A stretch of 64,000 nucleotides of DNA from Gammaproteobacteria bacterium (lineage in GTDB: Bacteria; Pseudomonadota; Gammaproteobacteria; Ga0077536). Position numbers and translations under genes: made by a program. The stretch covers positions 2,720,001-2,784,000 of the forward strand of contig CAXXLL010000003.1 in NCBI GenBank assembly GCA_963662545.2. Reading direction: 5' to 3'. Below are positions 40,358-50,681 of this stretch, piece by piece. The first letter of the stretch is position 1; each line of letters opens with the position of its first letter. A model generated the notes under the pieces. That model was not told the DNA's origin. It did no database searches and worked only from the letters and a program-made list of their open reading frames with translations.

Positions 40358-42817
40358 TCAAGCTCTGATTCGTTTCATGTCCGGGTCGTACAACGGTTTT
40401 AGTGAACAACTGCAGGGATAGAGCTCGCCGGCAATCTCGATCGCCCAGATCCCCCCGCTTAAATAGGCCTGGTCTACCGACTCTGAGGCTTCGATCAGCG
40501 CGAGACCGACGGCGCCGCCGAGGGTGTGGCCGTAGCTGCCGGCGCGCACGTAGCCGACCGGCTGCCCGTTGCGCCTGATGACTTCGGCATGCCACAAGAG
40601 CGGCTCCGGATCTTCGACCAGGACTTGTACCAGGCGCCTTTTGTACGGTCCGGCCGCCATCTTGCGCGCGGCCGCTTCTTTACCGATGAAGCCATTCGCT
40701 TTGCCGAGGTCGACGGCAAATCCCAGACCCGTTTCGAAAGGATTATCCGTATTGTCAAGATCGTGACCGAAGTCCCGGTAGCCCTTTTCCAGCCTGAGAC
40801 TTCCCAGCGCCTTGAGCCCCGCGTGCAAGAGCCCATGTTTCTTGCCCTCTGACACGAGCTCTTCATAAACATGTATCGCCTGTTCGCTCGATATATAGAG
40901 CTCGTAACCCAGTTCGCCGACATAGGTGATGCGCACGCAGAGCACGCGTGCATAGCAGATTTCTATTTCACGCGCAGTTCGGAATGGAAAAGTCTCATTG
41001 CTCATGTCAATCGAGGTTAATCCTTGTAGCAACGCGCGACTCGATGGACCCTGAATGTTGATCTGTGTGTACGCCGAGGTTACGTCGGTCACAAAAACGT
41101 GGGAATCAGCCGGGATATTACGGCGCATCCATGTTTCCGTGTGACGGTGCATGGTGTCGCTGACGACAACAAGGAAGGTTTCTTCGTCAAGCTTGCTCAC
41201 GGTGAGATCGGCTTCGAGATTGCCCTTTGGGTTGAGCCATTGGGTATAGGTGATCACGCCGCAGTCGCCATCGACATTATTGGCGGAGATGTGGTTCAAC
41301 ACGCGACCGGCGTCGCGGCCCTGGACCAGGAATTTCGACATGAAGCTCATATCCATCAGGATCACGCCCTCGCGACAAGCCTTGTGCTCGGCCTGCCAGT
41401 AGGGCCACCAGTTCATCCGCCCCCAGCTCAATTTGTCGACTTGCTGCTCTACATCCCCGGCAGCGTACCAGTCAGCGGCCTCCCAACCGCTGACCTCGCG
41501 AAAATACGCGCCGGCCTCCGCGAGGCGATCATGGAGTACGGAGCGTTTTACCCCACGTGCGGTCTCTGGTGATCGGGTCGGGTAGTGGCACTGGTAAACC
41601 ATGCCAAGCGTTTCAACCGTCCGCGCACGACGATGCTCGGCATTGGACTGATAACGATGGAGTCTGTCTATATTGAAGCCGGTCACGTCGACATCCGGTG
41701 AACCGTTGATGATCCAATGAGCCATCACGCGACCTAGACCGCCGCCGGAGAGAATGCCGATCGAATTGAGTCCAGCCGCAACGAAATAGTTTTTCAATTC
41801 CGGCGCCTCACCAACGATCGGCTGCAGGTCCGGCGTGAAGCTTTCTGGCCCGCAGAAGAACTTCCTGATACCCGTTTCGATCGACACAGGCACTCGGCTC
41901 ATGGCCTTCTCCAGGTACGGACCCATCCGCTCCAGATCCGGCTCGAGTTCGGCAAAAGAAAAGTTTTCCGGAATGCGCCCGACATTCCACGGCGCGCACA
42001 CCGGCTCGAAGAGGCCGATCAGCAGTCCGCCCACTTCCTCACGAAAGTAACCGTAATGCGAAGGATCTTCGAGAACCGGCCAGTCGCGACTCAAGCCGTC
42101 AATGTCGTCGGTGATCACGTAGTAATGCTCCGCAGCCTGGTTGGGGATGCTCACACCATGCTCGGCGCCAAACTGGCGAGCCCACATCCCTGCGCAATTG
42201 ACAACGTACTCACACGCGATCGAGCCTTCCTCAGTAGTCACGCTGGTGACCCGTCTGTTTTTCTGCTTGACACCTGTTGCGGCGATACCGGTAAACAGCT
42301 TCGCACCCTGCATGCGGGCACCCTTTGCAAGCGCCATGGTCAGGTCAACGGGGTTCACGCGGCCGTCGTCCCTGACATAAAAACCGGCCAAAATGTCGTC
42401 GGTCCGCGCGATCGGAAACAAGTCGCGAACCTCTTTTGGCGATATTTCCTCTACTTCGATCCCACAATAACGATTGAATGCCGCGATCCGGCGGTACTCC
42501 TCCAGGCGATCGGCGTCGGTAGCCACTTCAATAAACCCGCATTGATGGAGTCCGGTGGCCTGTCCCGTTTCCTGCTCCAGACGCGCGTAAAGGTCACGGC
42601 TGTATTTGCGCATCTCCGTCGAGGTTTCGGATGTGCTACCGAACGTGACCACGAGCCCCGCAGCGTGCCATGTGGTACCGGAAGTGATCTCATCACGTTC
42701 CAGCAATACCACGTCTTTACAACCCATGTTAACCAAGTGGTAAGCAACTGAAGTGCCTATTATTCCGCCGCCGATGATGACCACTTGCGCGGTGTCAGGG
42801 AGTTGCATGGTCGCCAT
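40358..42817 (-). CDS. GcvT-family FAD-dependent amine oxidoreductase (sarcosine/dimethylglycine dehydrogenase-like)
   Basis: VIIGGGIIG, SGTTWHAAG, GPESFTPD, RITYVGELGYE and LRLEKGY motifs. Confidence 0.9.
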   Translation of the reverse strand: MATMQLPDTAQVVIIGGGIIGTSVAYHLVNMGCKDVVLLERDEITSGTTWHAAGLVVTFGSTSETSTEMRKYSRDLYARLEQETGQATGLHQCGFIEVATDADRLEEYRRIAAFNRYCGIEVEEISPKEVRDLFPIARTDDILAGFYVRDDGRVNPVDLTMALAKGARMQGAKLFTGIAATGVKQKNRRVTSVTTEEGSIACEYVVNCAGMWARQFGAEHGVSIPNQAAEHYYVITDDIDGLSRDWPVLEDPSHYGYFREEVGGLLIGLFEPVCAPWNVGRIPENFSFAELEPDLERMGPYLEKAMSRVPVSIETGIRKFFCGPESFTPDLQPIVGEAPELKNYFVAAGLNSIGILSGGGLGRVMAHWIINGSPDVDVTGFNIDRLHRYQSNAEHRRARTVETLGMVYQCHYPTRSPETARGVKRSVLHDRLAEAGAYFREVSGWEAADWYAAGDVEQQVDKLSWGRMNWWPYWQAEHKACREGVILMDMSFMSKFLVQGRDAGRVLNHISANNVDGDCGVITYTQWLNPKGNLEADLTVSKLDEETFLVVVSDTMHRHTETWMRRNIPADSHVFVTDVTSAYTQINIQGPSSRALLQGLTSIDMSNETFPFRTAREIEICYARVLCVRITYVGELGYELYISSEQAIHVYEELVSEGKKHGLLHAGLKALGSLRLEKGYRDFGHDLDNTDNPFETGLGFAVDLGKANGFIGKEAAARKMAAGPYKRRLVQVLVEDPEPLLWHAEVIRRNGQPVGYVRAGSYGHTLGGAVGLALIEASESVDQAYLSGGIWAIEIAGELYPCSCSLKPLYDPDMKRIRA

Positions 42818-42887
42818 TGAGTGGACCCCTGATGACGAACACCTTTATGCTAAACATCATCAATGTAGACCAAGAGAGCTAATATCA

Positions 42888-43577
42888 GTGGCTAGATTAT
42901 CTGACGCTACCATTGAAGGTGGCCAAATCACCCGCAATCGACCACTGAGGTCTATTCGCCATACCGGATTTCTGGTGATCGATGTCCAGTACTTTGTTGC
43001 GGCACCCGGTCACGGCGAATATAAGGATGTCGATTCAGAAAATATTCCTGATGATCTGCAATATTTTTTCTCCAGAATCGACAATTACATCGTTCCCAAT
43101 ATCAAGAGAATTCAGGACGCGTGCCGTCACGCCAGTATCGAGGTGATGTTCACGCTGGTAGAAAATCTTACTCTGGACGGGCGAGACAGGAGTTTGGACT
43201 ATAAGATTTCCGGTTTTAACGTTCCAAAGGGTTCACGTGAAGCGCAGGTGCTCGATGAGATAAAACCCGCCCATGATGAGATTGTCATTCCAAAAACATC
43301 CTCCAGTGTATTTAACTCAACCAATATCGATTATGTGCTTAGAAATCTGGAAGTCGATTACCTGATTGTTGCCGGCATGCTAACCGATCAATGCGTTGAA
43401 TCTGCGGTTCGGGATGCTTGCGATCACGGTTACCTGGTGAGCGTGGTCGAGGATGCCTGTGGCACTTATACGGAGGCGCGGCATAAAAACGCACTGGATA
43501 TGTACAGTGGTTATTGCCGAATCACGTCTACTGATCAGATTGTTGCCGAGATCGAGGCCATCGGCGGCGACAGCTGA
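42888..43577 (+). CDS. Isochorismatase-family cysteine hydrolase
   Basis: LVIDVQ, PKTSSSVFNST and GMLTDQCVES (D-K-C triad). Confidence 0.85.
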   Translation: MARLSDATIEGGQITRNRPLRSIRHTGFLVIDVQYFVAAPGHGEYKDVDSENIPDDLQYFFSRIDNYIVPNIKRIQDACRHASIEVMFTLVENLTLDGRDRSLDYKISGFNVPKGSREAQVLDEIKPAHDEIVIPKTSSSVFNSTNIDYVLRNLEVDYLIVAGMLTDQCVESAVRDACDHGYLVSVVEDACGTYTEARHKNALDMYSGYCRITSTDQIVAEIEAIGGDS

Positions 43578-43598
43578 TTGCCATTTGTTATGACTCTG

Positions 43599-46500
43599 TC
43601 AGAAAACCTGCCGATATTTTAACGTCAGCGCTTCGAGTGATTGCTCAGAAGCTGCGGCAATTTCAGCTTCACGCAGCAGTACATACGAAGCGAGCATATC
43701 CGCGCTGATCCAACTTACCACTGCGGATGCCTGCATCGTTACGAGCGCTGTTTTCGCTGTATCCGGCAAACGGACAACCTCTAATTTACTCAATTCGCTT
43801 TCGGACATTTCACTCGGATCGGTATTCACTAGGGCGGGTTGCGCCAATTGTTCTTCAATGCCCTGCATACCAGCCCGAATCAACGAGCCTAGAGCTAGAT
43901 AGTGTGCATCCCTAAACGCGATGCGGTTGAAATAAAAAGGAAAATTTGTCGCTTAAGGGATCGAAACCTCCGGTGGGTCGTGATCTAATGGAACTTCAAA
44001 CCTCTGATTTTCCACACAATCATCGACACCACAGGAGGGGGAATGCGTCAGAAACGCACGGCCCAAGCGAGTATATACGAGCTGTTTGCTGACCATGACC
44101 TGGGGCGAGAGCTGCAGGGCATGTCCGAGTGGCTCGATGCTCACCCCAAGGTCCTCACGCCGGTCATGAACGATCTGTGTCGGCGGGGTTTGAAGCCCAC
44201 CGGTCGACGCGGACTGTCGGCGGAGTCGGTGCTGCGCTGCGCGGTGCTCAAGCAGCACCGGCAATTGAGTTACGAGGAGCTGGCCTTTCACCTGCAGGAC
44301 TCGGCGAGCTTTCAGGCCTTCGCCCGGTTGCCGGGTAATGAACGTCCGAAGAAGTCTGCCTTACAGCGGGTGGTCTCGGCGATCCAGGTATCGACGTGGG
44401 AGTCTATTCATCGCGCCCTGCTGGCGACGGCGAAAGAGACGCGCATTGAGCCGGCACAGCGTGTACGGATTGATAGCACGGTAACGGACAGTGCCATCCA
44501 CGCGCCGAGCGACAGTCATCTGCTGTGGGATGGCGTGCGTGTTGTGGTTCGTCTGCTCGCACAGGCGCGCGAGTTGCCTGGCGCGCCGGAGTTGTGCTTC
44601 GTGAACCACACTCGATTGGCGAAGAAGCGTGCGCGGGCGCTGTGGTATGCGCGTGGTGCGAAGCAACGCCAACGTCTGTATCGCGATTTGATTGGGGCGA
44701 CGCGTTCAACCTTGGAAGCGGTAGCGAGGGTACGTGAGCAGCTGCTGAGCCCGGGCGTCACCGGCGTTGAACTGCCGGACTGGCTAGCGCAGGTAGCGCA
44801 CTACGAAACACTTGTTCTGCAGGTGATTTCGCAAACTGAGCGGCGGGTGTTCGGCGGTGAGAAGGTCCCCGCGAGCGAGAAGTGCGTGAGCTTGTTCGAG
44901 CCGCATACCGACATCATCATAAAGGGTGCGCGCGACGTTCAGTACGGACACAAAATCAATCTGGCTTCGGGGCGCAGTGGCCTCATCCTCGACGTGGTCA
45001 TCGAGCGAGGCAATCCGGTCGATAGTCAGCGCTTCATGCCGATGCTCGAACGGCATCGAACACACTACGGGACGATGCCACGACAGGTCGCCGCCGATGG
45101 CGGCTATGCGAGCCTCGACAATCTCCGGGCGGCGAAAGCAGAAGGCATCGAAGACGTTGCCTTCCACAAGAAGCGCGGGCTCGCGATCGCCGACATGGTC
45201 AAGAGTCAGTGGGTCTATCGACGCTTGCGCAACTTCCGCGCCGGCATCGAGGCCGGTATCTCCTGCCTGAAGCGTGCATACGGATTGGCACGTTGCACCT
45301 GGAAGAGCCTGCCGCACTTCGAAGCCTACGTGTGGTCTTCTGTGGTCGCCTACAACCTCAGCCTGCTCGCGCGCTATCAACTCGAATAGCGACGTTCACT
45401 CGCACTAACTGACCTCCTCGATATCGTCGAACGGGCGACTTTGGGTTGCAGCGCTCTGCGGCCGGCGAACGTACTCACAATTACGCTCGAAGAGCCCTTC
45501 GACCCCCACCGAACCGCCGCTACCGCTCCAACAACCTACTTTCAACACCTCGATTTCTCCGTGCCCATCGAAGAAAATGCCTGTTTATGGACGGACACTT
45601 GCTAGGGGTTGGCGGTTGCATCGCATGCACGGTATTCAAGATGCAATTGTTCATCGGGCCTGCGACCTGATGTCTCCACGGTCGGGCAGATACGCAGTGC
45701 GGCTTCACGGTTTCTTTCACCAAGACAGGCATAGGGGCCGCTCCATGAATGTGGGATGAGGCGCTCGTAAGAAAGGACGCTGGGCGCAGTGAAAGTCAGA
45801 ATAGAGGGCAGGTATTTAACGATCCCCGCTGAGAACTGGCCTGCAATTTCACTCAAGCGTCCGGGTCGGTTGGCATCATAGGTTCGCGATTTCCCTGCCT
45901 CGTCGAGCAGGCTGAAATGAATATGCACGCCACTTCCCAAGGTATCCGGTGTCAGCTTCGGTGAAAATGAAGCTTTTCGCCCATGCTGGCGGGCGGTTTC
46001 ATGAACGAGCTCGCGCATGATTACCGATCTGTCCGCAGCAGCCAGTGCCAGCGCCGGCTTGCAGCTGAGTTCGTATTGAGCCACGCCGAATTCAGCTAAA
46101 AATGTTTCCGGCTCCTGACCGGCTTGCCGCATTGCCCGTATCAAATGGGTACCAAATGGCTCGACAGCGCGCAGGCGGGCTAGTGAAAACCCTGGGTCTG
46201 CGGCCGGTTGCATATCGGTAAAGGCAAACTCGTGTTCAAACGCTGCACGCACGGAACACCCCGTGCGTTCCCTCAGGTCTTCCACTGTGTTTTTCAAAAA
46301 AGTCCTTGCGCATACGTCCCAAGGTGAGCCATCCAGATGCGTGATGTCACATAGAAAAAAATGTAAAGGCGTATACCCAAGCGCTAGATCAACTCGGACT
46401 TCTGTTGCGGGGTCAGGGAGGAGACGACGGTCGCCGTGCGAACCCCAAAGATCGGATTCCGGTATCTGGTCAAACGGCGAAATAGTCTGGTTAATCGGTA

Positions 46501-46645
46501 CCCAACCCACGCCGGTCTGCATCTTCTCTTGCAGATCAGCCAGTGGTATCGCCCTGCCACGGGTGATACTGCCAAGGTCGTTACATACAAAAACGACCAG
46601 CTCGTCTTCATTTGTATTTTTGTCGTTCATTGCGGAAATACTCAC
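43599..46645 (-). pseudogene. Glutamine-synthetase-like gamma-glutamyl ligase split by ISNCY copy 2
   Basis: AFEHEF, EFGVAQYE, GSGVHIHFS, NREAALR and EYRACDATANP, then YLALGSLIRAG resumes at 43901. Confidence 0.85.
43902..45598 (+). mobile_element. ISNCY-type IS, copy 2 (transposase 44043-45389)
   Basis: Same IRs, length and ORF as copy 1. Confidence 0.9.
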
Positions 46646-46709
46646 GCTAGTTTTTGTCTCTTTGCTTCAAACTGGTCCAAACGCTAATCATGCGAGTAAA
46701 TAGACTGAA

Positions 46710-46885
46710 GTATATAAGACAAACAAAGCCTGCTTTTCGAGTCTACGAGTCTAAAGCGGATCGAGGATGCGTGGGTGGTGCCATCGCGGTAGGGGTTTTT
46801 CAGTTCGTATCGGACCAGGCCGTTTGAGGTCAGCGAGAGGCGTTGTTCGGCAATCGCGGGCCGGGTGATGTAGTGGGATTGGCCG
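46710..46885 (-). pseudogene. IS91-family remnant with an oriIS-like end
   Basis: YITRPAIAEQRLSLTSNGLVRYELKNPYRDGTTH on the minus strand; end rc GGCTTTGTTTGTCTTATATAC. Confidence 0.65.
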
Positions 46886-46909
46886 CTTGCACATACGATA
46901 ACGCACGCC

Positions 46910-48105
46910 TGTCGGTGGCGAATTAATCGTCACGCCGCCGCCGGTAGCTGATAAAGGCCCCCGCAGTAGCCTTGCCATCGGTAGTCGTCGAGGCGAATGA
47001 GCCGATGTTTCGTTGCGAACGTGAGCGCATACGGTGTGGTACCATCCAACGCTCGGTGAACGCGCATGCGATTGTAATATGCCTAAAAATTTCGAAGCTT
47101 CTGTTGCAGATCATGGGCGTTCCAGAACGGTACGAAATCGAGGAATTCCCGCCGGATGGTGCCGACCAATCTCTCAATGAACGGATGAAACAAGGGGACG
47201 TAGGGGACGGTCTTAATCTCGATTACTTCCAGAACCCGAAGGTTCGCCTTCCAGCGATGGAATTCGAACAATGGATCGTTGTCACTGCTGAGATAGCGAG
47301 GTAGGATTCCTGATCCGGCAGTCACCTCGTTGAACATCCGGCAGGCCGCGGGTCCATCGACCACCCCGGCATGAACGGCGAAGCCAATAATCCGCCGAGT
47401 GAACTGGTCCATCACCACCATCACCCAATGGGTCTTGAGGATCAGCGATTCGCACCGAAACAGGTCGACGCTCCAGAGGCTGTCCTTTGTATGTCCGAGG
47501 AACGTCAGCCAACTCGGGCCACCAGAACCCGGCCCAGGATAGTAGTGCTTGGCGAGTACACGGCGCACTATGTCCTTGTCGATCTCCACGCCGAAGACAA
47601 ACGAAATTTGCTCGGCGATACGTCGGCAGCCGAAGCGTGGATTATTTCGTTTCATCCCAACGATCGCGGCAATCAGCTCGGGAGGAGGTCCATTCGGACC
47701 CGGCTTTCCACGGTGTTTAGGCGTAAACAGCAATCGGTATTTTCGCTTCATGAGTGCTCGGTGAAAGCCGATGATGGTAGACGGTTTTAGCACGATGGCG
47801 GAGCGTACGAGCCGGGCCGGGCGCATGAAGCTCGCACAGAGTCCAGCTATGAATCGGTCCATGGGGCGCAGGGCCGGCGCTCGCCTGCGCGGGCGATTGA
47901 GAACCAGCAGTTGATGTTTGACCAGCAGCGATTCCGCGACCACCGAGCGGACGCCGCCCGGACCCAGTAATTTGGCGACCGTCACAATGAAATGGATGAA
48001 TAGGAAAACCCCGTCTCGCATCCCACTATCGTATCCAGCACGGCGATGCTGACAAGACTAGGAAATTGCACTCTTTCTGTTCAAAATTGGAATTCGCCAC
48101 GCACA
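46910..48105 (-). mobile_element. IS481-like rve integrase-core element, frameshifted near the 3' end (ORF 47083-48021)
   Basis: WSVDLF, SSDNDP and FIERLVGTIRRE motifs; IRs TGTCGGTGGCGAATT and rc TGTGCGTGGCGAATT. Confidence 0.75.
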
Positions 48106-48599
48106 CGTTCAAGGAACTGTTTCCCTTGACGGAAATGCGCGCCTTCGGTCGCGGTACTGCGAATCGCGACGCCTTGTGCTCGGCCGGAGAAGCCATGGGG
48201 CTTAACGCGATCAAAGCCGCTTCGGCACGCGAGGCCCTGGAAGGCGCCGATCTCATCGTGACGACGGTAACGTTTTCACCCGACGTCGAGCCGTTTCTAG
48301 ATGCGCGCTGGCTGTCCCCCGGTACCTTCGCCAGTATTACCGAATTCGCCGCGCCGTGGGAAGATGACGGCATGGTGGCTTTCGATCGCATCGTCGTCGA
48401 CGACATGGAGCAGGAGCTCAAAAGCGAAATGCCCCTCGTAAACAAGGCATTGACCGACGGAGACGTATCCGGCCTCGTACTAGGCGAGGTGCCTGTCCGG
48501 AAGGATCCGGAGGAACGCACCGCATTTGTATTTCGCGGGCTGGCCTTGGGTGATCTGGCGATGGCCGTGCTCGCCTATGAACGCGCCACCTCGGATTGA
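48106..48599 (+). pseudogene. Ornithine cyclodeaminase/mu-crystallin-family 3' fragment
   Basis: ADLIVTT, PFLDARWL and ERTAFVFRGLALGDLA motifs; 5' part removed at the IS end. Confidence 0.75.
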
Positions 48600-48605
48600 A
48601 CTAGC

Positions 48606-49463
48606 ATGATTACCATTCGCCAAGTACATCCCCATATCGGCGCTGAAATCGAGGGTGTCGATCTGTCAAAGTTGTTGGACGACGCGACCTTCGCGACGAT
48701 CCTCGACGCCTTTAATCAACACTCCGTGCTCGTTTTCCGCAACCAGCAACTGACCGATGCCGAGCAAGTGGCGTTCAGCGAACGGTTTGGCGAACTCGAG
48801 AAAACATCCTTTGCGATCGGTGCGGACAATCCGTTTGTCTATAAGCTATCGAACATCGATGACACCGGGAATGTACTCGTAGAAGGCTCTGAGAAGCGCA
48901 ACTTTTTGCTGGTGAATAGGCGCTGGCATACCGACAGCTCGTTCCGCCCGATCCCGGCGATGGCTTCGATCCTGTCGGGACGGGAGATCCCCGCATACGA
49001 TGCCGGCGACACGGGCTTCGCATCGATGCGGATCGGTTACGAAACGCTGCCGGAATCACGCCGCACGGCGATCACGGGTCTTGTCGCCTATCATCATTTC
49101 GCCTATTCAGTCGGTTTGTTCGGCAAGACCGGCGTCACCGAGGAAGAACTTGCGGTCTTACCGCCGGTGCCGCATCCGCTCGTCCGCACGCACCCCGGAA
49201 CGGGGAAACCCAATTTGTATGTCAGCGGCCATATCGAACGGATCGAGGGCTTGGCCGTAGAAGAAGGCCGCGGATTAGCCGAAGACTTGGTTGCCTGGTG
49301 TACGCGACCCGAGTACGTCTACCAACACGTGTGGCGGCAGCACGATCTGGTCATGTGGGATAACCGCTGCGCACTGCACCGCGTCACACATATCCCGACG
49401 CATGAGCGCCGCATCATGCATCGCACGACGGTCGCGGGCGAAGGGCCGGTCGAATTAGCTTAA
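48606..49463 (+). CDS. TauD/TfdA-family 2-oxoglutarate dioxygenase
   Basis: WHTDSSF, HPLVRTHP and WDNRCALHR...R (HxD...H...R). Confidence 0.9.
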   Translation: MITIRQVHPHIGAEIEGVDLSKLLDDATFATILDAFNQHSVLVFRNQQLTDAEQVAFSERFGELEKTSFAIGADNPFVYKLSNIDDTGNVLVEGSEKRNFLLVNRRWHTDSSFRPIPAMASILSGREIPAYDAGDTGFASMRIGYETLPESRRTAITGLVAYHHFAYSVGLFGKTGVTEEELAVLPPVPHPLVRTHPGTGKPNLYVSGHIERIEGLAVEEGRGLAEDLVAWCTRPEYVYQHVWRQHDLVMWDNRCALHRVTHIPTHERRIMHRTTVAGEGPVELA

Positions 49464-49466
49464 GTT

Positions 49467-50675
49467 CTAGGCAGCGAACACAGGAAACGTTTCAAAGTGC
49501 CCCTTGAGGACGGTGTCCGCCGCACTGGTCTTTAGCCAGCCGTCGATCGCGGTCGCGTAGACGCGCCTGAAATCAGTGGTATAGATCAAGTTATCACCCT
49601 CATCGAGCTCGACGAGACTCGAGGGCTCACCGTAGTGCCCACCACGCACGGGTTGGCCGGCGAGCAGCATGAGATTGGCCGCGCCATGATCCGTGCCCAG
49701 GTTGGAATTTTCGGGCGCGCGTCGCCCAAACTCCGAATACATCAGCACCGCCACGCGTTCGGCTTGCCCAATGCGCTCCATATCGCGGACAAAACCATGC
49801 ACCGCGTCACCCGCATAACTCAGCAGCCGCCGGTGCAGATCAGGTTGTTGCACATGGGTATCGAACGCATTGTTCGGGAACGCGATGTAATAAAGCTGCG
49901 CGGGTAGCTGGGCTGCGATGCAGGCCGCGACCTTGCGGAACTGTGACGGTAGGACGCCGTAATCGATGGGCGAGTCGTAGTTCGCCCAGGCTTGACGCAC
50001 TAGCTCAGACGCTTCACGCGCACCGCGCGCGACGAGGTTCAAATAGTCGAGTGAGGCATTATCGCTCGGCTCGGCATCGACGTAATCGAGGATCGCCTTC
50101 TCTTGTAGCAGGCCGTTGCGTTTAAAGCGTTCCGGGTCATTGAACACGACCGGCGTATGCACGCGGCTCTTCACTGCCAGGGATTGCGCCGTGTCGATAT
50201 TGATCAGAAAATTCGCCCGCGGTTCGTGCGCCATCGCGTCGGCGAGACGCCCGTACCAACCGTATTCATCGCCGCTGTTGGGCGACGCGGTATGCCAGTA
50301 AGCCATCGAAGTAAAGTGTGAAAAGGAGGGCTGCTCATAACCACAACCGTGCATGACCGCGAGCTGGCCATCCTTCCATAAGCGCTCGAAACCCAGCAGG
50401 CCGGGGTTGAGCCCCCAGTCGTCGTCGAGCTTCAACAACTGATCCGGTTTGATCCCGATCGTCGGCCGCAAGCGATAGTAGGCGTCGTTGGAATACGGCA
50501 CCACGGTATTCAAGCCATCGTTGCCGCCGGAGAGTTCGAATACGACCAGTATCCGATCGTTCGGCGCATCAGCCGCCGCCGTGCGTATCCACGCGGAACT
50601 TAAGCCTCCTAAGTTCAAACTCAAGCTACCCAGCCCCGCGGCCGTTCCTTTGAGCAGTGTTCGTCTATCAATCAT
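49467..50675 (-). CDS. DUF1501-family Tat-exported protein
   Basis: RRTLLK Tat signal, LSGGNDGLNTVVP, FDTH and SEFGR...GTDHG motifs. Confidence 0.85.
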   Translation of the reverse strand: MIDRRTLLKGTAAGLGSLSLNLGGLSSAWIRTAAADAPNDRILVVFELSGGNDGLNTVVPYSNDAYYRLRPTIGIKPDQLLKLDDDWGLNPGLLGFERLWKDGQLAVMHGCGYEQPSFSHFTSMAYWHTASPNSGDEYGWYGRLADAMAHEPRANFLINIDTAQSLAVKSRVHTPVVFNDPERFKRNGLLQEKAILDYVDAEPSDNASLDYLNLVARGAREASELVRQAWANYDSPIDYGVLPSQFRKVAACIAAQLPAQLYYIAFPNNAFDTHVQQPDLHRRLLSYAGDAVHGFVRDMERIGQAERVAVLMYSEFGRRAPENSNLGTDHGAANLMLLAGQPVRGGHYGEPSSLVELDEGDNLIYTTDFRRVYATAIDGWLKTSAADTVLKGHFETFPVFAA

Positions 50676-50681
50676 GGTTTA

